Source: Paraspadella gotoi (Eukaryota; Animalia; Chaetognatha). From it: a stretch of DNA of 64,000 nt. The notes beneath the pieces are model-generated. The model searched no databases and had not been told where the DNA came from. It saw only the letters and a program-made list of their open reading frames with translations. Positions 52,513-64,000 of this stretch are shown in pieces. The DNA lies in NCBI GenBank assembly GCA_051294375.1, contig CM119268.1:11300605-11364604 (forward strand), written 5' to 3'. Each line of letters opens with the position of its first letter. The stretch's first letter is position 1. Position numbers and translations under genes: made by a program.

Positions 52513-55500
52513 CTCTCCTCTCTCTCTCTCTCTCTCTTCCTCTCTCTCTCTCTCTTCCCATCCCGAGAGGTCTCATATTTTTCTTTCCCTCTGCTTGAAC
52601 GTGCTGGAGTAAATGCGAATCGGATCCGGCCCCGATCGAGTTTCCCCCCGCCGTGTCCGAGATTTATTTTCTTGTGGTATTACTCAATGTGCCTTACTTG
52701 ATGTATAAAGAAAAGTATTTTTTGTAAGGGTTTAACATATTTTGGTCGAGAACCCTGCGCTGATTTTACCCCCTATACCTTTTTTTCCTGCGGAAATAGC
52801 AAACTCGATTCATAATCGAGTTACTAAAAAAGTCGTACTCTTTTTTATTGACATGATAAAAATGTTAGATATGAATAATTTTATAGTTTCTGGTTTAAAA
52901 AAAAAAACAGTCAAGAATTTAACTCGGATGAAAAATAGTGAATTAATAAATCTCATTGTCTTCAAAACTACAGGTGGAAGAGGGCGTGGACGTGGACCTT
53001 TCGGGTCTCGTGGAATCGATCGTCGACTCGGACGAGGAAGATCTCGAGTCCGACATCGGATCTTTGGCCGGACTCAGAGACTCTGTCCGCGAATGCCTCG
53101 AGAAAGACCCCGGCGAACGGACGGACGACGACGTGGAGGTGCTGCTCGACCTCATGGGACATTTGCCGGTGAGTATTTTTGACAAGGGCTTGAGGGAAAC
53201 GGAAATATTGACTTGTTGAGTCTACATTATCAGGGTCTGTGTCGGATATAATATATCGAATTATGACAGAATAGTAGCCTGTCCAAAGTCAGTAGAAAAT
53301 AAACGAATAATTTTTATATTGGTTGTAACAATTTCATAAGGCTTGCGGAGTAATAGATCCAGCAGCTTACTTGTTGCAACTTCAAGAAACTATCGGATTT
53401 ATATCCATTACAACAACTACCGCGTTTTCTCTCCCTTTTCTCTCCCGCATTCTTCCCACCGCGCGCGAAGTAGTTTTTACAAGCGGGTGGGCCGAAGCGG
53501 AACAAATACAATTAGGATGCGGAAAATGAAAGGAAAAAGGGCGGGGGAGGGCGGAAAGGCGTGGCCGCGATTCTCCAACTCGGCAGAGGAAATACTCGAT
53601 GAAAGTGACGAGAAGGAGAGGCGAATTTTTTTTTTCTCTCTCTTTCTCTCTCTGTTTCCTCTGGAGATAATGAAGCGAAACAAGCGGTTAGCGGCCTTTG
53701 GCTGGAAAGGCTAGTCGAGATGAAATGAGAACGAAGGAAATCACCAGTGGGCGCGGCCTTTTGAGGAGATGAAAAAAAAAGGTTGGTTGGTGAGGGAGGG
53801 TTGATTGAACCCAGTGTTTTTTGCAGCTTGGTGGAATTAACGCATCGATAAGCATGAAAATAAAATAATGGAAACGAATAAATAGCTTTGATGGTGATAG
53901 TAAAACGGATGTGTAATAAAACTGATTTAGGTTACATTCTGACACCTGAAAACAAGCGTTCAATGCTTAGAGAACTTCGTAGTTGTTAGGAGGTTCGAGG
54001 CTTCGCGCTTGTTCACGTCGACGCGTCCAATTTAGAAAACGAGTTGTCATTCGGGCGTGTCCGTGGAGAACACCCCGAGCGAAGGGGGGTGGGGGTGTCA
54101 CCGGAGGTGATAATCACCTCTCGTTTCAGAGAGCGAGTCGGAGATTAAGAGACGTGCCCATGAGTCGTTTGTGCCGAATCCTTTTTTGAAAGGGATTTTT
54201 TATTTGAAAAAGCAGGCGTTTGGTATTTATATTAGCAGAGGCTAAGAAACTAGTTCTGAGATTAGCACTGAAAACAATTTTTTAATTATCCAATATCCAT
54301 CTTTGACGACAATGTATAAATGATGATATTTAAAATTGAGGTTAGATATTGAATTATTTTTCCTCGCCCCATGGAAATATAATGCCTCTGGTAGCGATTC
54401 TGAAAGTCCTCCCAAATCCATCTTGATTTTTGACCTTTACGTCATAACGTCATAACTGGGACCATTCAATCCACCCCGGACCTTGTAATTTTTCGTTTTC
54501 GTTCAACCTTCTCATCTTTCAATTCTTGGTCTGACCAATTTTTTAATGCCCTCAGAAAACTACATCTTGCGATGCGCTAGTTGATGACTCAAATCTCAAG
54601 TTTTGTCCCCGACCTGCCTCCTGATTGGACGAACTACTCGTCGACGTCAAGACTCATATTCTTCTCGCGGCGACATTAAGGTCTGACGCCCGAGTCCCCG
54701 GGACGAGAATCGAGCCGAAAACGAGTTTGAAAATTTCCTTCATCTACCCTCTTGCTTCCATTTTCACTCTTCATTTTTCACTCGCTCCTCCGTTTCTCTT
54801 CTCTTGCCCGTTTAATAATGAATTTTTTTTCATTCCCTCCTTAATTTAGTCCCTTTCTTCTCTCCTCCTCCCTTCTCCCTTTCCTCCCCTTCTTTTCCAC
54901 GGCTCAAGATGGGATTATTATGCGTGAATACTCTTTACTTATCACGCGCCAGTGTCTCGCCATCATGGCTTTGTTCCGAGGATTTAGTGTCGCCAACTCT
55001 CTTTCATTTCTCGTCTCCTCTCCTACCCCCCTCCTTCTCAATTCCCTATACTTGATTTCCTTTCAATTTTCTGCTTTCCCGCGCTTTTTTTCGATCTCGG
55101 CGTCTGCTTGCAAGTTTCCTCTTTCCACTTTCCGATTCTTCACTGGCGACGCTCGAGAAGGCGAACAGAGTCGTTAAAATCCCGCGAGTCTCGTAAAAGG
55201 TTAACTTTAGAAGAAAAATCTCGACGGCGACGACAATGATGATGGTACCATGACACTGATGATCACACAATGACACTGATGATCACACTGATGATGGCAC
55301 GAGGACACTGATGATGACACTGATGATAGCACGATGACAATTAAATGGCACAATGACAATGATATCGAGATGGCACTGTTGATAACCCCATGAAATTAAA
55401 GAAATGTACTGATACTATGATGACGCAATGGAGCTGACGACGCGATGATGTTGATGACGCGATGTCGAGACATTGGCGAGAAAAAATGGAGCGATGACTG

Positions 55501-58500
55501 TTTATTGTTTATAGTTGACATAAGATATTTTTGCAAACATTCCGCAATTATTTGTTTGCTCTGTTTTTTTTTCAGCACTGACTTGGTCGACATTAAAGTC
55601 GAATGATGAATTGGCGATGTAGAATCGAAACGACGATGGCCATCGGCAATGATGACTTCACATATCCTCCTCACATAAAAAAAATGGGGGGGGGCGGATG
55701 CCGAGTTCCGTCGCGAGGGATCTTTCCCCTAATTTCGCGCGCTGCTGAAAAAAAAAATCATCCCTCATAATTCCCAAAATCATACGTGATGTAAAAAAAA
55801 TATGTATGAAGGTAATAAGAAAAAATATTAAATTATAATGATAAGAGAATTTGATAATTTTTAAAACTTTTAATAAACGTCAGATGAAAAACATAATTTA
55901 TATTATATATAGTGCTTATAAAATTGGTTCAACCAATATAAAATTATCCATTCATTTAATAAATAAGCTATCTTGCCCCTGACTTTGGACAGGCTTTGGT
56001 GGTTTAAGGCCTCCATCACTCTTACAAGATAATGACATAGCAGGTCCCTGCAAGCTTTCAAGCTCTCACAGTCTCATTTATTCACTCCCAGAGTGGGTGT
56101 CTCATAATAGACGTTTGGCCTTGAAACTGAAAGGTGACCTTATTTTCGCTAGAGGGACAAAGGTGAAACACAATTATGGCAGTTTTACGTTTATATTTAC
56201 AGTCAAATCGGTTTGCGTCAGGTTACATTCCGGTCAGTTTCTAATATTTAGATGCATTAGAGGGGATCTGACGTTTGTTTCTGATTCCTGGCAGTGCTTT
56301 TGAATAATTTTAAAAAGAAGTATTCAACCTGTCTAAATTCCAACTCTGGTCTGGTTTTATAGATAAACCTGATGATAAAAAAGGTTTTCATTCCTTCTCT
56401 TATGACGTTTTAAAAAAAACATACGTCGGAGACGTAGAAACGAGAGTGAGACAGAGTGAAAAAAGAACTAAAAAAAAAAGATGAAAAACATAGAAGCGAC
56501 CGAGTTTTTCATAATTCTTGGTCAACGGTTCTTCGCCTCGGTCGTAAACCGCAGGGAGGAGAGGAAAGAGAGAGAAAAAGAATTGCCGTCATAAAAAGAA
56601 ACGTTTTCCGGCAGAAAGAAAAGGTAATAACCGTGTCAAGTCTCGCGAAACGAGTCAAGAAACGGAGTGTGAACTTTTTCGCGAAGAGATAAAAAAATAT
56701 GAATTATGTTCTTACGTTTATATGCTCCTTTCTCCTTTTCAAGGTCTTTAGACTTGTTTGGAATGTTTGTTTACACACGCAACCTTAAATCCGCTTTGAT
56801 TCTTATTTTGAAGACAAATTAATTTGTTTTATTTAGATAGTGAAACAGGAAACAGAGGATGGGGCTAAAATTTATCCGAGATTAAAGAAATAGTTCTATT
56901 CAAAACGACTCTTTTGATGAGGATATTGTTAAAAAGATGATCATTGAATAATGAATAGGCTTCATTATTTAAAAAGTTTTCTTTAATAAACGTCTATTTA
57001 TAAAATATTTGCTGTTTTTTTTTTTAACACAATTGTTACGCAAAACTTTCCTTGTCATCTGGGATAAGATGGTTGTAATTTTTTTTTCTCTCGGCCAAAA
57101 TAAAGAAGAAATTAAATCCGCAGATTTTTTAAAATTCGTCGCAAAAAAAGTTATTCAGCCTCGTGATTAAGTTTTGGAATCTCTGCTTTATTTTTGAATC
57201 CTCCCCCCGAAGAGATCGCTCCCCGGGACGCTCACACTTTTTCGAAAGATGTGTACTCAGAACGAAAAATATATTTTATTGCGTAGTTTCGAAAAAGACA
57301 GAAGGCGGACGACATTTTTCTCCCTCACCGAAAATAAGTTAGCGACTTATGTGATAACCCACTTTTAAAAAAAAAATGTCTGACTTTGTACACAATTTTG
57401 CGTATGCGCCCTAATAATTGCTTTCCCAAAGTCAATAAAAAATTATGAACAATGAACATTTAATCTCGGAATCACAGAGTGGGCGTCTGTTTTTGTCTCT
57501 TAAACTCCAATCTCCCACCTCGAACCGTCTAGACTAAACAAAATATACTCGTCCGAGCGATTGTTTCTTCAACTCTTCTCAATATTCTCCACAACCACTT
57601 TTTCCCGACACTCCAGGCATTCGCCAACATGACCCTGTCCGTCAGGCGGTCCCTCTGCGCCTGCATGGTGTTCGCCTACGTGGACAAAGCTGGGACGACG
57701 GTGATGCAAGACGGAGAAGAGTTGGACTCTTGGAGCGTCATCCTTAACGGGCGCGTCGAGGTTAGTTTGTCTTGGAGACCCGGACCATGTTCTTTTAAAA
57801 TATTTAAAAATGCTATTTCATAATCATATAATTATATATTCCCCCCCAAAGGTAACCCGACCGGAGGGCGACGTGGAAATTCTCCACATGGGCGATTCCT
57901 TCGGCATCGCCCCCTCAATGGACAAGCTCTACCACCGCGGAATCATGAAGACGCTAGTCGACGATTGTCAATTTTTCTGCATCGCGCAGTCGGACTACTA
58001 CAGAATCTTGCATCAGGTTCGAAACGAATCGATAGTTTCTAACTGTTACGTTAAAACCATTTTAACTTCAAAGAAATCTATTTTGCCCTTGAATCTTCTA
58101 GGGCGAAGAAAACATGCGTCGCCATAGCAACGACGACGGCGAGATCGTGATGGTGACGGAACACCGCGTCCTCGACCCTTACAACGAGCGGCAGGGTCAC
58201 GTGGTGATTCGTGGAACGCCCCAAAGTCTCTTGGATTATTTGGTGGAGGACCATTCCGTAGTCGATCCCACTTACGTGGAGGTAGAGATCTTTCATTTTT
58301 CCATTAATTCTTTCATTCATTTGTCTGAATCGTTCTTTCATGCATGGTAAGATTGATATCAATGTCGACGATCCTATTCAAGGATTTCCTCTTAATGTCG
58401 CGAACCTTCGTCAAATCCCCGCTGGAGGTCGCCAATCGTCTCCTCGACTGGTTCCGTGAACCCAGCCCTCGCGACAAGGTCACGCGTGCTGTTCTCCTCT

Positions 58501-61500
58501 GGGTCAACAACCACTTCAACGACTTTGAAACGGACGCGCGGATGTGCAACTTCTTGGAGGATTTCGAAGAGGCTTTGGAAAAGGAGGTTAGTCAACGATG
58601 AACACGACTTTTTTATATATTTCCTGTTGTCTCTTTTATTAATCAAATCCAATTCAATCTATTATCCAACTTATTTATTATTCACTTATTTATTCATTAA
58701 TTAATACAATCGTTTCCGCAGAAACTGACTGGTCAGCTTCGCCTTTTGAACATCGCTGCTGCGGCCAAAGCCCGACCTCGAACGGTTATCCTACGCCGTT
58801 CTACCAGAGACGAAGACCTCAACTTCACAATTCAGGTTGAAATGATCTCATTTCTCAAGTGGTCAGTCGATAACAAAATATAAAAGCGTCAATTTAAATC
58901 AATTCAAATTCAAATCTTCAAATCTGTAAATTAGAAAAATTAATATTAAAAACTTATTTTTACTACGTAAATAAAAACCTTCCTATTTATTATTTACGTC
59001 TTACTCTTTAGGGCGGTTGGGACAAGGGCTACGGCGTCTTCGTCAACCACGTCGTCCGTGGCTCCAAAGCGGATGAGGCGGGACTCAAGCGGTGCGACCA
59101 GATCCTCGTGGTCAACGGACAGAGCTTCGAGCACGTCTCTCACCAGCGAGCGTTGGACGTCGTCCGCGGATCCACCCACCTTTCTATCACCGTCAAGTCA
59201 AACTTCCTCGCCTTCAAGGAAATGCTCAAGTCGCCCGAGTGCTCTCCCATCCGCGGACATCACCGTCCGAAAATCGCCGACCTGTCGAGCTTGAAGCCGC
59301 CGATAGGGCGGACCGGTGAGTTTGAAGTTGGGGACAAGAGAGGGGCGCCGAGTAGAAGAAGAAGATGATCCTGTTACGTACTAAATTTATAAGTCATAAT
59401 TTGTGATAAATTTAATATTAAATAATTTTCAATAATTTTTACATTTTGTATAAACTCTATTATCTTTCTCCGTAGGGAGCGTCAACTCGAACCGGATGTC
59501 AATCTCAACGATCGGTGACGACGTTTCCATGACGTCAACTTCCTCTCACCTTCCGGCCGGATTAGTCTCTCCCATCAAGGAGAAAAAGGTAATGGATCCT
59601 TGGAACACCGTCGAACTTTGTTGACGTTTTATACGTAAACTGGAATTATGAATTAGTAAGTTACTCGAATAGAAAAAAATATTTCAATCCTTTATTTCTC
59701 TCTTTTTTCAGATGGGATCTAAACGCAACAAGATTCACAAGGCTTTGCAGAAAATGAACATCCTTCCCAAATCGGGAAATCTTCAGTCTTCCAGTCATCT
59801 CAATAACTCCGACGAAAATCTCTACAACCGCGGGTGAGTCGCCTCGCGCTTATTTGCAAATCTTTTTTTAGCAAAAATGAAAACGAGCGTAGAAAAAAAA
59901 AGAAAAATGGGGACTAAATTTATCCCGAAACTCATGTATTATGGAAAGGGGGAAAATATTGTTTGCATTTCAAATCTATGCGTTGGCATTTTTTTTTAAA
60001 GCTTAGGCCACGCGCGTTTTGCAAAATAAGCAAATCTTTTTTTACAAAAAAACGTTTTTGTCTCTCTTCAGGCTGTTGTCCCCATCCCTGAGCGGCAACC
60101 GGTTGACGCCACTGCCTTCGCCACGAGCGTCGCGTTCGTCAACATCCGGTTTGACGTCATCGACTCACCTCAGCGCCTCCAACCCCGATCTTTCATCCAT
60201 TGGTAAGCTAAGTGTATTCGCTAAAACTAACAAAAAGTCTGTACCCGGTAGACAAAATATCCACCCGAATCACGGTGACTAGAATGACAACAATAAATGT
60301 GCCAATATGTATTTAGAGCCTCTAAACCATAATAACGACAAATCGATACACTTTTGTAGACGAGAGCAACAACGCTGAGGCTTTTTTCTCATTAGGTTTC
60401 TCCTACGAGAGCGAATGCTCTTCCATCCCCGACTTCCCCGAACACGTTGTCCGCGTCTACAGAGCGGATCAATCGTGTCGCTACCTCCCCATCCACAAGG
60501 AGACCTCAGCTAAAGAGGTCGTCATGCTTTCTCTCAAAGAGTTCGGAATCTCCGATCCAAGTCCCAACTTTTCCCTCTGCGAGGTGAGAGTTCATGACAT
60601 GTGGCATAATACGTATTCGTATTGCAGGGTTATTGTTTAATGATGTTATTAATTTGACTAAAACAATTATTTGTAGAATTTTGTTAAATTACCCGTCGAA
60701 GGATGCAAAATTGGATAAAATTTTCCGTATCACACCTGTTTCGTGCTTCGTTTTTTTAGTAGAACCGGTTCCTCGCTGTTCTTTTGTCAGTTATTCGGTA
60801 AAGAACCCTGTCTCAAGTAGCGTTTCTTCTTTCAGGTTTCGGTGGGCGAAGGCGGTCTCATTAAGCACCGCCGTCTGCCGGACCAATTGCATGATCTCGC
60901 TCAACGCATTCCCCTCAACGCAAGGTGACTCAGGGTTCCGATGTTTCCTATCTAAAATTTGTATCTATGAACTCGTTTGCACATCGCAGTAATTTAATAA
61001 AGGCTTTTGTGATTGGTTGCTATCATTTAAAGATTTTATCATTAAAAATTTGTTGTGAAAACAAAGAAAACTTTTCTTATCTCATAATTATTTCATAAAA
61101 CTTATGAAACCACAAATTTTCTTCCCTAAAAACATTAAAATGCTAATTTATTTATTTTTAAGTTCGTAAACCAATTTGGTAGATTGTTTCAAATCATGAT
61201 CCACTTTCGAGACTTTGCTAATTTATTTATTTTTAAGTTCGTAAACCAAGGAGCTTAACTGAAGCTGGACGTTCGAAAAGACATGACAGTATTACAATTC
61301 TTCTTTAATTTTTTTTCTAAATTTTTTTTTTGCTTTTGAAAAAAGAAAATATAAGCGCAAGCAAAAAAGAATCGAGAAAGGCGAACCGCTTTTAAATCGG
61401 TCCAACATGCATTACTCCTAATTGGAGATGATAAACTTTTTCTGAGAGAATAACCATTTCTCTCCCTCATTCCTCCTTCTATAAATAAAACGAAAGTTTA

Positions 61501-63836
61501 ATCGAATTTTTAAAGCTTCCATTAGCGCGACCGGCTTGTTTACATTTTCTTCTGACCTTCTCGAACTCAAAACAAAATTAACTGGCAATGAATTCGATTT
61601 TGTACAAACGAGCCTGTCTAGAAGAAGAAAAAACATATCGCCCGAAATGAAAACAAAAACTTTGACCCCGAAGGAATTGGCTTAAAAAGGCACCTTTCAA
61701 AATCCTTTTCCGTTGTCCTCGCATAAATTAGTACAAATATTTTCCTGCTCGCTCTCACCCCAGCTTTAACCTTCTCTTTTCTAATACAGGTACTACCTCA
61801 AATCGAATCTCAGCATAGAGCAGCTCGTTTCCGACGACGTGGCGTCAGACATGATCAAAGAAGCGCAGATCAGCTTTTTGCAGGTTTCGCCAGAGCTTTG
61901 TCCGGTTTTATCAATGTCACAATTGTCACATCTCTGTCAACCGAAACCGACCTTATTCCGTCTTTCCTTTCAGTTGAACTCAATGGAACTGGCGTTTCAA
62001 CTGACGCTGTCGGACTTCGACATTTTCTCCGAGATCGAAACCACGGAGTACGTGGACGATCTATTTGAGCGAGACTCTGCTTACGGACAACCCGCTCTCG
62101 AGAAGTTCGAAGAATTGGGTAAGTTTGAGACTTGGGATGAAAAAAAAATTTGCATAGCATTAATATTCAAGGTTTTTATTTTTCGTCTCTTTTTTTTCTT
62201 CCGTAGTTAATCGGGAAATGTTTTGGGTATGCTCCGAAATCTGCTCCGAGCACAACACTGTCAAACGCATGAAGATCGTCAAGCACTTCATAAAAATCGC
62301 TAAGCACTGCAAGGACTGCAAAAACTTCAATTCCATGTTTGCTATTCTGAGCGGGCTCGGCCACGGCTCCGTTTCCCGGCTGCGCGGCGCTTGGGAGAAA
62401 TTGCCGGCCAAATACTCAAAACTCTTCGGAGATTTACAGGAGGTCAGCCTTTGGCGGTCAGGAGGGGGAATTTTTGCGGGGTGGTCGGAGAAGAGGGGCT
62501 AGGGTAAAGGGTCGGATAAGATAAACATTCCATCGTCAAGATAAAAAGTGTCTTAGTCTATAGGCGCTCGTTAATTTTGCCCGTTGGCAGGCTTTAAGAA
62601 TATTTGTTTCTGACACTTGCAAACCGCCCCCGACCATAAATCAATCGTCTAAGATATATATACAAGTTTACCTGTCTTTCTTTTTCGTTATCGTTCCCTT
62701 CTGTCGTCGTTGACTCACAATTTTGGCATTTTTTCGCGAGACCTCCCTATTCTCTCGATCGCCAGAGCGAAACCGTCAAAAGTCAAGAATGACGTAAAGT
62801 TCGTCTAAGAAGCGATTAATTCTCGTCGCGATGACAGATGCTCTCGTTCTCGCTTCTTCGAGAAATAGAAAAAAAAAATCAAATTACAAAGGCACAAAAC
62901 AACAAATCTGAGAAAAAGTGAAAAAAAGAGTATTGTTGAAAGTTTTTTTTTAATGTTTTATGATTTTTGTTTTATGATCAATTTTTTTTCAGGAAACCTT
63001 TTTTTTATGATTTTACAAAATTCTAGACTCAATGACACACCGTAAAGACGACATTAATCAAGTAAGTAATATTTTTTTCTTCCTAAGGTAATGGACCCGT
63101 CACGAAATATGGCCAAGTACCGCAACCTGATAAACTCTGAACTGGTCCAACCTCCAATGATACCGTTCTTTCCCGTGGTCAAGAAGGACTTGACCTTCCT
63201 TCATCTCGGCAACGACACCGAGATGAATGGCCTCGTCAACTTCGAAAAGCTGAGGATGATCGCCAAAGAAATTAGGCAGATAACGAACATGTGAGTCTAG
63301 GCGATTGCGTTAGTAATCGAACGAGCCTTGCCATTTCCACCCCCGCTTGGTTTCAGTTTTTAAATGTCGATACCGTTGTTGAACTCTTTCTCAATAATCT
63401 TGACACTTTTTGTCTTCAGAACTTTCTCCGAATCTGGAAGCTGTTTTCTCTATGGAGGATTTTTTTCCCCATCTCTCTATTTATTTTCGATTGCCCAACT
63501 TTTCTCTTGTGACTTCCTTTCCCCCCGCACTTCCTAAATTATTCTCTTTCCCTGTTTGTAATCATAACGCCTTTCTTTCCCTCTTTACCCCAATCAAGGT
63601 GCTCCATCAAGTACGATCTTCGCTCCATGTACGACGCCGTCCTGGTGGGCAGTCCCCCGTTCGGTGACACCCCCTGGGCTCACGGATTCCACGGTAGCTC
63701 GTCGCACGTGGGATCCGGGTTCTCGTCCTCGAATCTGGCGGGCATGGCGACCATTCGAAAGCGGGACAACCACAAGAGGCGCTCGCATCTGCCCAACCCC
63801 AAGAAGGTCTACGAGGAGGCGCAGATGAGCAGAAAG
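18509..63836 (+). CDS. RAPGEF2: Rap guanine nucleotide exchange factor PDZ-GEF (RAPGEF2/RAPGEF6 family, Drosophila dizzy-like); 3' end lies beyond the window
   Basis: In-phase exons: 18509-18620, 20502-20611, 21535-21653, 43857-44106, 50086-50263, 51676-51845, 52974-53168, 57617-57760, 57852-58016, 58102-58281, 58383-58586, 58722-58835, 59012-59315, 59476-59588, 59712-59833, 60072-60202, 60396-60583, 60836-60924, 61790-61883, 61974-62118, 62207-62442, 63088-63290, 63599-63836. Domain order: N-terminal cNMP-like ([25 protein letters not shown]), [15 protein letters not shown], cNMP-binding ([14 protein letters not shown]), REM ([22 protein letters not shown]), PDZ ([11 protein letters not shown]), RA ([12 protein letters not shown]), CDC25 ([35 protein letters not shown]). 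Confidence 0.95.
21139..21421. mobile_element. Tc1/mariner-type MITE (283 bp) in RAPGEF intron 2
   Basis: Imperfect TIRs of about 29 bp (caggggtgggacccaatatcgagacaaaa / ttttgtctcgatatagggtctctcctctg), flanked by TA on both sides. Confidence 0.8.
23294..26432 (+). repeat. Tandem ~1.5 kb duplication (23294-24834 vs 24938-26432) straddling a 100-N gap
   Basis: The copies are colinear and differ mostly by 1-bp indels. N run at 24835-24934. Confidence 0.9.
27501..27841. mobile_element. Tc1/mariner-type MITE
   Basis: TA-cagtcctgtggaaaaaaag ... ctttttttggcacaggactg-TA, with an AT-rich interior. Confidence 0.8.
29705..30062. mobile_element. Second copy of the 27501-27841 MITE, inside the duplicated block
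   Basis: Same TIRs and same flanking sequence, so it is part of the block duplication and not an independent insertion. Confidence 0.7.
31329..33707. mobile_element. Composite non-autonomous hAT-like DNA element, copy 1
   Basis: 8-bp direct repeat gctttttc at 31321-31328 and 33708-33715. Imperfect TIR tatgtcattcccaaatc / gatctgaggatgacatactg, GC-rich subterminal blocks of about 250 bp, and an AT-rich interior with HINE-like fragments and an 18-bp minisatellite. Confidence 0.7.
32763..33256 (+). repeat. ~18-bp minisatellite (AAGTTGACCAAATTATGC)n
   Basis: Roughly 25-27 degenerate units; a shorter array lies at about 40109-40310. Confidence 0.9.
38658..40738. mobile_element. Composite non-autonomous hAT-like DNA element, copy 2
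   Basis: Colinear with 31329-33707 but with different flanks. Near-TSD cttttggt / cttttgtc and a shorter minisatellite. Confidence 0.65.
44236..47926 (-). CDS. Nested antisense EF-hand calcium-binding (calmodulin-like) protein, about 425 aa, 10 exons, with an apparent frameshift in exon 7
   Basis: Exons 47926-47829, 47747-47521, 47422-47332, 47251-47173, 47107-46994, 46929-46818, 45855-45746, 45368-45275, 44988-44821 and 44419-44236, all GT-AG and phase-compatible. EF loops: [12 protein letters not shown], degenerate [16 protein letters not shown](G)LICIDD and [12 protein letters not shown]. The summed length is 1277 nt, one base short of a codon multiple. Confidence 0.82.
55235..55380 (+). 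repeat. Degenerate minisatellite (ATGACACTGATGATNRCAC-like)
   Basis: Repeated gacactgatgat units in RAPGEF intron 7. Confidence 0.75.
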
Positions 63837-64000
63837 GTGGGAACTGTTCTTTACTATCGACTCTCCTTTTGTCTGTTTGTTGAGTCTTTTTGTCAATTTC
63901 ACCCAGTCCCTTACTCTCTCCCTCGCGAAAGTTGAATGTCTTCCATCAGGCATTCCCGAACATCTGTGTAAACTTATCGATGACGATGAATCATCACTTA

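Noticed and set aside
61141-61249. 34-bp local direct repeat in a RAPGEF intron
   Set aside because: Ordinary slippage-type duplication with no further structure.

Overview
AT-rich eukaryotic (invertebrate metazoan) genomic DNA with spliced genes, many (CT)n/(GA)n microsatellites and four assembly gaps. From left to right: (1) the 5' part of a minus-strand gene encoding a long low-complexity, charged N-terminus with EJC-binding-motif-like peptides, tentatively SMG6/EST1A-like, running off the left edge; (2) a complete 6-exon TMEM19 gene arranged head-to-head with it; (3) an intergenic stretch with a Helentron-associated (HINE/DINE-1-like) element, a Penelope-type minimal hammerhead ribozyme candidate and a perfect 46-bp palindrome; (4) a >45 kb PDZ-GEF (RAPGEF2/6) gene, 18509 to beyond the right edge, 22 exons reconstructed by hand. 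Intron 3 (22 kb) of this gene holds gap-associated tandem duplications, Tc1/mariner MITEs and two copies of a composite hAT-like element. Intron 4 holds a nested antisense 10-exon EF-hand (calmodulin-like) gene with long N- and C-terminal extensions and an apparent frameshift. All gene models were built manually from GT-AG sites and reading-frame phase; no database searches were run. I found no clearly new multi-gene system. The nested gene, the ribozyme and the composite element are the best leads.
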